DNA of 64,000 bases from Epiperipatus broadwayi. Its lineage: Eukaryota > Animalia > Onychophora. Under the pieces are notes generated by a model. It did not search any database and was not told the DNA's origin. It saw nothing but the letters and a program-made list of their open reading frames with translations. The stretch spans positions 8,184,001 through 8,248,000 of the forward strand of contig JAQFVV010000005.1 in NCBI GenBank assembly GCA_028023455.1. Direction: 5' to 3'. This document shows, one piece after another, positions 52,550 to 64,000 of this stretch. A program made the translations under genes and the position numbers. Within the stretch, counting starts at the first letter, position 1. Each line of letters begins with the position of its first letter.

Positions 52550-53348
52550 GTGTCATCACTCCAAAAGATTCATCATCACCACTTAAAAATATCTTTTTCA
52601 AAAACCTTAATATCCTTGCCACATAGACCATACTCAAACATGCTCATCAACTAAAATAAATTACTAACAAGCTTATAACCTTACCCACAAAACTGAGTCA
52701 TTATGAACATTTCAACATCTTCACTGCACAAACAATATACAAAAAATTAAAATTTGAAATATAGAGCCTAAATCACTTTTCTTATCAAAATTAATTTAGA
52801 AACTGACCTGTAGCTTCTTAGTTAAAAAAATATTTTTTGCCAATACAGACTCTACTCTGCCACAAGAGGAAAAAACTATGTGGGACTTTCTTTTTAAGTG
52901 CCCATTACTTGTAATTCTCATTACATCTATCACTAAGTCCCTATCAGCCTTATTCATCACGTTCATTAGCAGTATATAAAAAAGGTCCTTCCCTAGCCTT
53001 AGAGCAAAGATTTTTATTCTATCCATTTTTTTGGTTTCTATATGCCATTTCTGCATCATTCTAGTCTCTATAAAAAAAAAAAAAAATCTGCAATCACATT
53101 TCTACAAGGAAATAAAAATAGAGATTAAAACCTCACACCTCCAGATATATACGTAGCCACACGAAGCTCAATAACCTTATCTACAATATTTCAACCATTG
53201 GTCATCAATAATCAATCAGCCACCCAAATTAATACTAACACATAAACCTATTTTAAATCGAACAATGCATTTTATGTCCTAATTAATCGTCCATCATTAT
53301 TAATATAATTTCGTTTGAAACCGATTTTTTTTTTTTTTTATGTGTCAT

Positions 53349-53428
53349 AACATCGGCCGGGAAGCGAACCCGCTAACCCGGGACAACTGCTTGTAAAGCA
53401 GCTGTGCTGACCTCTCGACCCCCAACAC
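53349..53428 (-). repeat. tRNA-Gly-derived SINE-like repeat
   Basis: Minus strand GTGTTGGGGGTCGAGAGGTCAGCACAGCTGCTTTACAAGCAGTTGTCCCGGGTTAGCGGGTTCGCTTCCCGGCCGATGT followed by a poly-A tract; same T-arm insertion as the 20137 copy. Confidence 0.8.
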
Positions 53429-54047
53429 TGGACGTTTGAAACTGACTTTAGTAACAAATATATATACGTACAAACTATTTACTCTTTTGATTTCAACTAT
53501 AGTATAACGTGTATATATGTAATAGGTACTATATATCTAAATTAATATAAATCATGCAACCACATACTTTATCAATAAAGATTTTGCTAAAAAGTAAAAA
53601 TGGCAGAGCTAAAACTGCGATATCTGTATTGTTGAACAGAACCGGACGGACTTCCGATGTAAAGAAAATAAAGCCTACTACTTTCTTACTAAACGTTATT
53701 TATATAAGACAAATAAATACAAAACATTAAATAAACTATCTTGAATAATCATAGATATTTGAAAGTTATTTTGACAATTTTAAATGGTCATTAAAAAATA
53801 TAGAGTATGTGTTTAATAAAGAAAACAGGCGCATACCTAAATCTTGTTTTTATTTTTTGTTTCAGAAAATTAATGTAACGACAATATGCTATTATGGGTA
53901 TCAACAACAAATTTGTTTTGCAATATATTCTGCTAGAGGCCGCTATGCTCTAAGTAATTCGGGAAATCTTTAAAGGGGGGTGGGCTTTTAAATTGTAATA
54001 TTATTAAAAAGAAGAAGAATGGAGGGGATATAAGAAATAAGCAAAAG

Positions 54048-57000
54048 ATGGTTGATTTAGATATAAGTGTAGATGTGGAGAGGGAATGGATCTGTAAGAT
54101 TAATGGTAAGAAAGTTTTTTATAAACGTAATGGAGAAGAAAGAATCAAAAGAATTTATAAAAGAGTAGTTAGGAAAGAAGAAATTGTTAAAATTGGGTTT
54201 TTGAATATGCAAGGTGGTAGGAGACCAGAAAAGTGGCTGGAATTAAACAAAGCAATTGAAAATGAAGAGCTTGAGGTATTAGCAGTAGTGGAAACACATC
54301 TAAGAGAAGATGAAGAACCTATTTTGGAAGATGTGGTATGGCAGGGTATAAATAGAAAAGAAAAAAAAGGGGTGGTGGTATAGGTGTTATATCGAAAAAA
54401 TATTTAAATACTGTTAAATGTCAAGAACATTTGTGGTTTGAAATAAGGTTGGGTAGACAAGAATGGATGGTGGCTGTAGTGTATATAGCCACTGGAGATA
54501 GTCAAACTGTAATGGAGTGGAACAGTAGTATATATGAATGCCTAGTTAAGGATATACAGAGTTTTAAAGAAAAGGAGAAGAGAATAATGGTTATAGGGGA
54601 TATGAATGGACATATTGAAGAAATTGATGATGTAGATAATAAGAATGGTCAGTTTTTGAAGGAATTTTGTCAAAGAGTAAATTTGAGCATTGGGAATTTA
54701 TCAAATATTTATGAGGGACAATACACATGGTCTAGGAATAATATATTTCACACAATAGATTATGTATTGGTAGAGAAAGAGGGAATGAATAAAATATGGA
54801 AAATTAAGGTGTTTGATAATGAAGAGAGAGTATGTAATAGTGATCATAACTTTATTGTAATAGAAATGGTTAGTAATGTGATGGAGGATAGAAATAAAGG
54901 TAGAAACAATAGTGAAAGATGTGGATGGAGAGTGAATGATAAGAATAAGTTGGAAGAGTATAAAATAAAAGTTGAAGAAGCCATGGAACAGTTGGTTGGG
55001 GATGAGTATAAGGACTGGTGTGGTGAAATAGAAAAAGTGGCAAATAGGGTTTTAGTTGAGAATATGCAGAAGAATAAAAGTAATAAAAAATGAGAGTTAG
55101 TAAAAGTGTAAAAGAGAGGAAAGAAGCATGCAGAGAATATAAGTGTGCTATTAAGAACAAAGAAAGTGAAAATGATATTAATGCTAAATGGGGAAAGTAC
55201 TTAGAAAAGAAGAAGTTGGCTAAAATGGATAATTATAGAGAGAGAATGAAGTTGAATAGTAAATTGTTGGAGGATATTAATAAAAGTGGAAGAGATGGGA
55301 GTAAAAAATTTTGGAATTACATTAAAAGGAGAAATGTAGGGGAGAGAGAGATAGTATTAATAGATGATGAGGGAATAGAGTGTAGCTCTAGAGAAGAGTT
55401 AGAGAGAATCTTAAATAGATATGTAATGGATATAGAAAAGATGTTAGATGTGAAGGACTTAGTGATAGAAAACATGAAAGCATTTAGTAATGGGAATATT
55501 AGGTTCACAAAAAATGAACTGAATGAGGCAGGGAAGAGATTGAAAAGTGGAAAGGCGAGAGGTTTAGATGGATGGGCAGCAGAGATGGTAATGAATTTAG
55601 GGCATAGAGCAAAAGCAAAGTTATTATCATGTTTTAATAAGATGGCACAGAAGAGAGTTTTTCCGGGGAGTTGGAGTAATACAAGAGTAAGATTATTATT
55701 TAAAGGAAAGGGTAAGGATCATAGAAAGTTAAATAATTATAGACCGATAGTGGTAACATCAGTTTTATATAAAGTTTTCTCATATATGGTGGCTGGAAGA
55801 GTTGTAAAGTGGATGGAAGAGAATAATGTAGTGGGGGAAATGCAAGGAGGTTTTAGGTCAGATAGGCATATAGGAGATAGTTTATTTGTAGTTACACAAC
55901 TTATGGATATGAGTAGGAATTCAGGTAGATCATTATATATGAGTTTTATAGATATAGAGAAGGCATATGATAGAGTAAATAGAAATAGATTTGGTGGTTG
56001 CAATTTTCTTATAAGAGAAGGCATATGATAGAGTAAATAGAAATAGATTATGGGTAAGGTTAGCAAATTTGGGAATGGATGAAGCTTTAGTAAATATTAT
56101 TAAGAAATTATATGAAAATAATTACTATACTTACCAATTAGGGGATATAGAATCAGTTAAAGTTAAAAATGGGGTGGGATTAAGGCAAGGATGCCCTATG
56201 TCACCTATTTTGTTTTTGTTGTATTTGAGTGAAATGGAGAAAGCAATAGAAAGACTAGGAAGAGGGATAGAGATACCATTAATGGGTGGCAAGGGAGTAT
56301 ATATTTTGCCGGGTCTTTTTTTTTTGTGGATGATATTTTTTTTGTGTGCAGAAAGAAGAGAAGATATGGAAGTTATGCTGAGGACATGTGCAAGGGTGGG
56401 TAAAGAGATGGGGATTAAATTTAGTGAAGAAAAATCAAATATAATGATGATTAATAATGGGGAAAGAGAAGATGTAGAATTTTTATTGGGGGATATAAAG
56501 TTAAGTGTGGTGGATAGATATAGTTATTTGGGAATCATCTTAAGTAATCAGGAAAATTGCTTGGTTGAATGGGAGAAAAAATTGGTAAATGAAGCAAAGA
56601 AAAGAAAGGGTTTAGTAAAGAAATTAACAGTGTTTTCATATAATAAATATGATGTAGCTAGAATTGTATGGAAGGGAGTTGTAGTAGCAGGGTTAACATA
56701 TGGTAATGATGCATTATGTGTTAGTAAAAGGGTATTAGATTACTTAGAGAAAGTACAAAGGGAAGTAGGAAGACATGCATTAGATGCAGAGGTATGGACA
56801 GCAAAGGAGGCAATTCAAGGAGAAATGGGATGGTCAAGTTTTTATATGAGAGATGCAAAAAGTAAAATGAAAATGTTTGGTAGGTTGCAGTTTATGGATG
56901 ATAAAAGAATAGCCAAAATAGTATTTAATTGGGTTATGAGTAAAGGGCAGGCAACAAGATGGGTGAGAAAGGTAATGCAGTATGCAAAGGATTTGGATAA

Positions 57001-57665
57001 AGAATTTATATCAGTATACTTGTATAAAAGGTGGGATGATTGTGTTAGGAGGATTGTTGAGTGTTATAGTGGTAAGGAATGGGATAAAAGAATAGATGCA
57101 TTAATAAAGAATAGGGAGTTGGAGAGATGGAGAACTAGTATGGAGAGTAAAAAGAGTTTAAATATATATAGAAGTAAACGGAACATTGGGTGCGAGTTAA
57201 TTTATGATAATAGTAAGGAAAGTAGCTTATTGTTTAAGGCTCGAATGGGATCTTTAGCAACAAGAGAATATACATGTAAATGGAAAAATATGGGTGATTT
57301 AGTCTGCAAATTGTGTAAGGAAGATATAGAAAATATTAGGCATCTGTTGATTGAATGTAAATGCTTGAAAGCAGAAAGGGTACAAATAATGAAGTTATGG
57401 GAGAATAAATATGAACAAAGTGATTATACAGAAAGTGGGTTATTGGTTTTTATGCTGGGTTTGGGAAAAGATAAGGGGGATTTAGATATAAAGGCCATAG
57501 AGTTGACAAAGATTATGTTGTGGAAATGGGATGGAGCAGATTATGGGAAAGCTTAGGGTGGGGAATGGAAGGGGAAGGTAAAGTGGCTAACAGGTTTCTT
57601 TGGGCATAGTTGCTGAGAGATTCCTGACTCCATTTAAGGAGAAGTCACGGTACATCATATCACAT
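54048..57665 (+). mobile_element. Young near-complete APE-RT LINE ORF (copy B): endonuclease, RT, C-terminal Cys/His finger; three frame lesions
   Basis: KIGFLNMQG, VVETHL, VIGDMNGH, YTW, IDYVLV and SDHN endonuclease motifs; YRPIVV, QGGFR, FIDIEKAYDRV, GLRQGCPMSPILF and YSYLG RT motifs; CKLCKEDIENIRHLLIEC; ORFs 54048-54383, 54431-55093, 55090-56028, 56069-57556; short CATCA-like tail; clade not assignable by eye. Confidence 0.95.
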
Positions 57666-59105
57666 AAATTTGGTGAATGGATATAATTATTTGGGAATTG
57701 TCTTAAGTAATCAGAAGAATTGCTTAGATGAAATGAAACAAAGAAAAGAAAGGGACTGATAAAGAAATTAAGTGTTTTCACATAATAAATATGATGTAGC
57801 AAGAATTGTATGGAAGAGAGTGGTAGTAGCAGTGTTAAGTTATGATAACGATGTAATGGGGCGTTAGTTATTTAGAAAAAGTACAAGATAAGTAGGAAGA
57901 CATGCATTAGAAGCAGATGTATGGACAGCAAAGGAGGCACTTCAACAAGAAATGGAATGATCAAGTTTTTATATGAGAGATGCAAAAAACAAACTGAAAA
58001 TATTCAGTACATTGCAATTTATGGATAGTAAGAGAATAACCAAAAATAGTATTTAATTGAGTTATGAGTAAAGGACAGGCAACAAGATGGATGAGAAAGG
58101 TAGTACTGTATACAGAAGATTTGGATAAAGACTTTATGTCAGTATATATGTACAAAAAGGGGGGTGATTGTGTTAGGAAGATTGATGAGTGTTATAGTGG
58201 CAAAGAATGGGATAGAAGAATAGATGCATTAATAAACAATAAGGAGTTGAAGAGATGGAGAACTAATTTGAAGAGTAAAAAGACTTTATATATAGAAGTA
58301 AACAAAATATTGGGTGTGAGTTAATTTATGATAATAGCAAGGAAAGTAGTTTGTTGTTTAAGGCTTGAATATGATTACTAGCAACACAAGGGAATATAGA
58401 CATAAATGGAGAAAATAGGGTGATTTTATCTGGATAAAGACTTTATGTCAGTATATATGTACAAAAAGGGAGGTGATTGTGTTAGGAAGATTGTTGAGTG
58501 TTATAGTGGCAAAGAATGGGATAGAAGAATAGATGCATTAATAAAAAATAAGGAGTTGAAGAGATGGAGAACTAATTTGAAGAGTAAAAAGACTTTATAT
58601 ATAGAAGTAAACAAAATATTGGGTGTGAGTTAATTTATGATAATAGCAAGGAAAGTAGTTTGTTGTTTAAGGCTTGAATATGATTGCTAGAAACACAAGG
58701 GAATATAGACATAAATGGAGAAAATAGGGTGATTTTGTCTGCAAGTTATGTAAGGAAGACATGGAAAATATTAGGCATCTGCTAATTGAATGTAAATGCT
58801 TACAAACAAAAAGATTCAAATAATAAAGTTGTTGGAGAATAAATATAAACAAAGTGATTGTGAAAATGGGTTCTTGATTTTTATGCTGGGTTTGGAAAAA
58901 GATAAGAGGGATCTAGATATAAAGGCCATAGAGTGGATAAAGATGATGTGGAAATCAGAATGAAGCAGGATAAAGAACAAACAATATGGGGAAAACAGGG
59001 TGGAGAATGGAAAGGGAAAGTGGGTACATGTTTCTGGGCATAATATCTGAAAGATTCCTGACTTCAATAAAGGAAAAGCCATAGCTCATTACATTACATT
59101 GTCAC
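57666..59105 (+). mobile_element. 5'-truncated, rearranged LINE copy C directly abutting copy B
   Basis: Begins at sequence matching about 56500 of copy B, has an internal deletion and a 309-bp tandem duplication (58122-58430 / 58431-about 58739), ends in a cattacattacatt tail. Confidence 0.88.
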
Positions 59106-59109
59106 ACAA

Positions 59110-62100
59110 TATATTAGGTATTAGTAGAGAAAGAGGGAATGAATAAAGTATGGAAATAAAAGTGTTTGATAATGAAGAGAGAGTATGTAATAGTGATCAT
59201 AATTTCTTTATAATGGAAATGGTTAGTAATGTGGTGGAAAATAATAATAAAAGTAGAAAGGATAGTGAAAGATATTCATGGAGAGTGAATGATAAGAATA
59301 CGTTAGAAAAATATAAAACAAAAGTAGAAGAAATTATAGAAGAGTTTGTTGGGGATGAATATAAGGATTAGTGTGGGGAAGTAGAAAAAGTGGCAAATAG
59401 GGTTTTAGTGAGAATATTCAGAAGAATAAAAGTAATAGGAAAGTGAGAGTTAGTAAAAGAGGGGGAAAACATGCTATTAAAAACAAAGAAAGTGAAAAAG
59501 ATATTAATATTGAATGGGAAAAGTATTTTAAAAAAAGAAGTTGGCTAAAATAGATAATTATATAGAGAGAATGAAATTAAATAGTAAATTATTGGAGTAT
59601 ATTACCCATCCCACCCCTCTATTTTTGTACTGCACGCTGTTGCTATGGGCCACCAGTGCAGGCCAGATAAGCCTCGAGTTATGTGTAGAGAATGGCATGA
59701 ATTGCGCAGGAAAGTGAAAGAGGTGTGCTATATTATATCGGATGAACACGCGATGAATAAAAAAAGAGACATTTTACACCATATCTGAGAAATAGCAAGT
59801 TTAAATTTTCTCATCCATATTTGCATATTTAATCTGTCCTATTTTGCATATTTGCACTTCGTGAAAATGAAGGAATATTGTACTTCTTGAAAAAGAAGGT
59901 TATACCTTTGAAAGTGCTAGAAGAAATCAATAAAAGTTTGTCATTTATTTATTTGATTTGATTTATTTATATATAGTCGAATTATATATGCATGTGTATT
60001 CTTAATATTAACCCAAATATTAAAGTTTTTACAAATATATTCTAACACATGGTTGAACGTTATATAATAAAAGTCGAAGAAATAGGAGTAAAAAATATTG
60101 GAAATATATTAAAAGAAGGAATGTAGGGGAGAGAGAAATAGTATTACTAGATGGTGAGAGAATAGAGTGTAGCTCTAGAGAAGAATTAGAGACAATCTTA
60201 AGTATGTAAGACAGAGTGATAAAAACATAAAAGCACACAGTAATGGAAATATTAGTTTTACAGAAAATCAATTCAATGAGTCAAGGAAGAAGTTGAAAAG
60301 TGCAAAAGCAAGAGGTTTAGATGAATGGGCAGCAGTGGTAGTGATAAATTTGGAAAATAGGGCAAAATTAAGTCTATTATCATGTTTTAATAAGATAGTA
60401 TAAAGGACAGAATTGCCAGATAGCTAGAATATTAAAACAGTGTTGCTATTATTTAAAGGAAAGAGTAAGGACCATAGAAAAATAAACAATTATAGACCAA
60501 TCAGTGTTATATAATGTTTTTGCATAAATGGTGACTGGAAGGGTGGCAAAATGGATGAAAGAATATAATATAGAGGGAGAAATGCAAGGAGATTTTAGAA
60601 TGTATAGGCATATAGGTGATAGATTATTTGTAGTCACACAACTTATAGATATGACTAGGAATACAGGTAGGCAGTTATATATGGTCTTTATAGATATAGA
60701 GAAGGTATATGATAGAATAAATAGAAATAGATTATGGGTAAGTTTAGTAAATTTGGAAATGAATGGAACTTTAGTGGATCTTATTAAGAGATTGTATGAA
60801 AATAATTACTATACATATCAATTAGAAAATATAGCATCAGTTAGAGTTAAAAGTAGAGTGGGACTAAGGCAAGTCATGCTCTATGTCACCTATTTTGTTT
60901 TTGGTTATATTTGTGAAAAATGGAGAGAGCAATAGAAAGACTAAGAAAAGGGGAAGAGATACCATTAATAGATGGCAAGGGAGTGTATACATTATCTGGT
61001 CTTTTATTTGCTGATATCTTTTTATGCACAGAAAATAGGATAAATATGGAAGTTATGTTAATGACATGTGCAAGGATGGGCAAAGAGATGGAGATTAAAT
61101 TTAATGAAAAAAAAATCAAAAGTAATGATGATAAATGCTGAGAGAAGAAAAAAGAAAGATTTTTTTATTGGGGGATATAAAGTTAAATGTGGTGAATAGG
61201 GATAATTATTTGGGAGTAGTCTTAAGTAATCAGAGGAATTGCTTGGATGAATAGGAAAAAATAATAATAAATGTAGCAAAGAAAAGAATAGAACTGATAA
61301 AGAAATTAACAATGTTTTCATATAATAAATATGATGTAGCAAGAATTGCATGAAAGGGAGTGGCAGTAGCAAGGTTAATTTATGGTAACGATTTGTTAGG
61401 TGTTAGTAAAGGAGTGTTACATTACTTATAAAAAGTACAAAGAGATGTAGGAAAACATGGGTTAGATCCAGATTTATGGATGGTAAGGAAGACAATTCAA
61501 GGAAAAATGGGATTGCTGAAAAATTTCATATGAGAGATTCAAAAAGCAAAATAAAAATGTTTAGTAGCTTGAAAATTTATGGATAGCAATAGAATAGGCA
61601 AAATGGTATTTAATTGGGTTATGAGTAAAGGACAGGCAACAAGATGGGTGAGAAAGGTATTATGATGTGCAAAAGATTTGAATAAAGATTTTATATCATT
61701 ATACTTGTAAAAAAGGTAGATAGATTGTATTAGGAGGATTGTGGAGTGTTATAATGGCAAAGAATGGAATAGAAGAATAGATGCATTCATAAAAATAGAG
61801 AGCTGGAGAGATGGTGAACTAATATGGAGAGTAAAAAGAGTTTAAATATATATAGAAGTAAACAGAATATTAGGTGTGATTTAATTTATGATAATAGCAA
61901 GAAAAGTAGTTGACTGATTAAAGCTTAAAGAAGATCATTAGCAGCAAGGGAATGTACACGTAAATAGAGAAATATGAGTGATTTATTCAGCAAGTTATGT
62001 AAAGAAGGCACTGAAAATATTAGGCATCTATTAATTGAATGTAAATACTTACAAGCAGAAAGGCTACAAATAATGATGTTGTGGAGAAATAAATATAAAC

Positions 62101-62361
62101 AAGATGGTTATACAGAAAATGGGATCTTGGTTTTTATACTGGGTTTGGAAAAAGATAAGGGAGATTTAGATATAAAGGTCATAAAGTGGATAAACATGAT
62201 GACATGGAAAGTGTATGGAGCAGGAGAGATAAGAATATGGGAAAAACTTAGGGTGAGCAATGGAAAGGGAAGGTAAGGTTGCTAACAGTTTTCTCTGGGC
62301 ATAGTGGCTGAGAGGTTTTTGATTTCAATAAACAAGAACCCATAGTGCATCACGTCATATG
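59110..62361 (+). mobile_element. 5'-truncated older LINE copy D abutting copy C
   Basis: ORFs 59150-59371, 60528-60935, 60920-61141 and 61974-62276 align to copy B (VCNSDHNF, FIDIEKVYDRI, LLFADIFL, LCKEGTENIRHLLIEC); tail catcacgtcat at about 62350. Confidence 0.9.
59605..60061. mobile_element. ~457-bp unclassified insertion in LINE copy D
   Basis: Copy B reads ggaggatattaataaaagt contiguously; in copy D the same junction is split by unrelated, CpG-containing sequence. Confidence 0.7.
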
Positions 62362-63618
62362 TAAAAACAGCAGGATAAATGTGCTATTGTTATACTTATA
62401 AAGACTAAGACTGGAGAATTGTTTCATTACTAAAAGCAGAACTAAAAAGAGTTTACATATATAAAAAAAGACAAAATATTGTTTGTGAGTCATTTTATAA
62501 AATTAATAAGAAACACTTTATTTTTTTAAAGATTAGAAGGATAAATGGAATGATTTGCTTTGTAAATTGTTCCTGAAGGTGTAGTAAGTATTAAACTTTG
62601 TTAATAAAAAGGAAACATAACAAAAAGTATTACCACAATGCAATTATAAGAAAATAAGTATTTTCTAAATGAGTATAGCGAAAGTGGGCCTTTTGTTTCT
62701 GTAATGGAATTGTACAATAGTAAAGATAACAGGATTGCTGCTATTGAATGAACAAAAGTGATATTATGGAAATAGAATAGAATTTTTTAAAAAACATTGA
62801 TATTTTGTATATTGTACAGGGTAAGAAATTAAGAGAAAAAATAGGATGGCTAACTTTTCTTTTTGGTTTATATGTTAAGAGATTCCTAGCTTTGATAAAG
62901 AAGAAGTTTGTGTTAAATAACTTCATATGAGTCTAAAATGTTTCTATGAGAGTAATAGTGTTAATTTTTTAGATGTATGAAGTGTTTTCATTAGAAATGC
63001 ATCTTCATTTAGAGGAAATGGCTATATTTATTAAAAGGTGGAGGAGAAAATATTAGATAAGTTAATTTATAATAAATTTCTTCTCTTAAAAGGGACACAT
63101 ATAAGAATAAAGATACAATGTTAAAAGTAAATGTTAAAAGGAAGAATATGTTTCAATGTGGGTATGTGAACATAATATGACACAATATGTGTGAATAGAA
63201 AACAAGTTTATTTGCAGATAATGCCTCAAAATAATTATTAGAAAAGAATATTTTAAAAAAGAGCTAAAAATGTTAATATAAAACTTTGTTTTATAAATAC
63301 ACAAGAAGAGAGAGAAATATGAATGTGGAAAATATAGAAATTTTTTATAGAAAAAAAAATATATATTTGTTAATAGTGATAAACATTTGATGGATGAACA
63401 ATTAACACATGTTCAGAAATGTGGGTAATGAAGCCAAATAGATGTGATAAGTTTAAGAAAGTAATTGTGAATATCATATGTAGATTAGAGTGAGTTTAGC
63501 TAAAGAGTATATGTTTTATATAGTATATCTATCAACTGGAAATAAGAATGACTATAGAAAGAATAATTATAAAATATTGATTCTGTATAAATGGTTAACT
63601 TTTCTTATACAATTGTAA

Positions 63619-63820
63619 TTAAATTATGAGTACCAGGAATGCTAAGTAAGAAAAGCTTAAGAATAAAAGTTTTTATTATCTTATGCAGAGCATCTTTCAA
63701 TATCTTAAATCTTGATAACATACTCATATCAAGATTAAGATATTCAAAGCTGCTCAGCATAAAATAATAACTTTTATTCTTAAGCTTTCTTACTTAGTAT
63801 TCCAAGTGCTCATAATTTAA
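63619..63820. repeat. ~200-bp imperfect fold-back (MITE-like hairpin)
   Basis: ttaaattatgag..aagcttaagaataaaagt..aatatctta..tcttgata, ~9-nt loop, then its reverse complement ending ctcataatttaa. Confidence 0.85.
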
Positions 63821-64000
63821 ATTAAAGTATTGATTGCAGATAATGTGCATGGATAAATGAATAGAGTTGATGGAAATAGAATATTATTAAAGAGAACGTG
63901 TGAAAAAACGTATTGAAAATTGATGATATTTTTAATACCTATATACAAAATGTTTCTTTCAAATTAATAGCCAAATTAATTTTTAAATAACATATGTTCA

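Larger units (their letters stand above)
48000..53060 (-). mobile_element. Old degenerate LINE debris (paralogous to 5700-12300)
   Basis: Colinear similarity with the LINE remnants of the first copy, T/C skew, remnant ORF 52796-53059; boundaries approximate. Confidence 0.5.
44030..53800. repeat. Old segmental duplication of about 1300-12900
   Basis: Colinear anchors: atatctgtgacaca 3504/46244; ttgccaat 3782/46615; ttcaatctaacaaa 7544/49079; tcaattccttg 8209/49353; ttatttatata..caaaacatta about 12800/53697. Confidence 0.75.

Noticed and set aside
53935-53990. GC-rich stretch upstream of LINE copy B as a possible HDV-like ribozyme
   Set aside because: I could not build the nested double pseudoknot by eye.

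Overview
AT-rich animal genomic DNA (arthropod/chelicerate-like by gene and repeat content; the taxon is inference). One probable host gene: a minus-strand tandem C2H2 zinc-finger ORF (19-2178, about 22 fingers). A truncated, frameshifted paralog lies about 42 kb downstream inside an old, colinear ~10 kb segmental duplication. The rest is nested mobile DNA: a decayed two-ORF L1/Tx1-type LINE (14.2-20.1 kb) interrupted by a MITE; four young copies of one APE-RT LINE family (one minus copy at 26-29 kb and a head-to-tail trio at 54-62 kb) plus older debris; two Ty3/Gypsy relics; hAT transposons; tRNA-Gly-derived short repeats; and several long fold-backs. The most interesting signal is a set of minimal type I hammerhead ribozyme motifs found by eye. 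One has an intact catalytic core (28244-28287, minus) and sits inside a non-autonomous hAT element. Two partly degenerate ones (7956, 52413) belong to a dispersed Penelope/retrozyme-like repeat family with inverted arms, and another copy of that family starts right at the predicted cleavage site. No CRISPR, rRNA or convincing functional tRNA. All alignments and folds were done by eye and no database searches were run.
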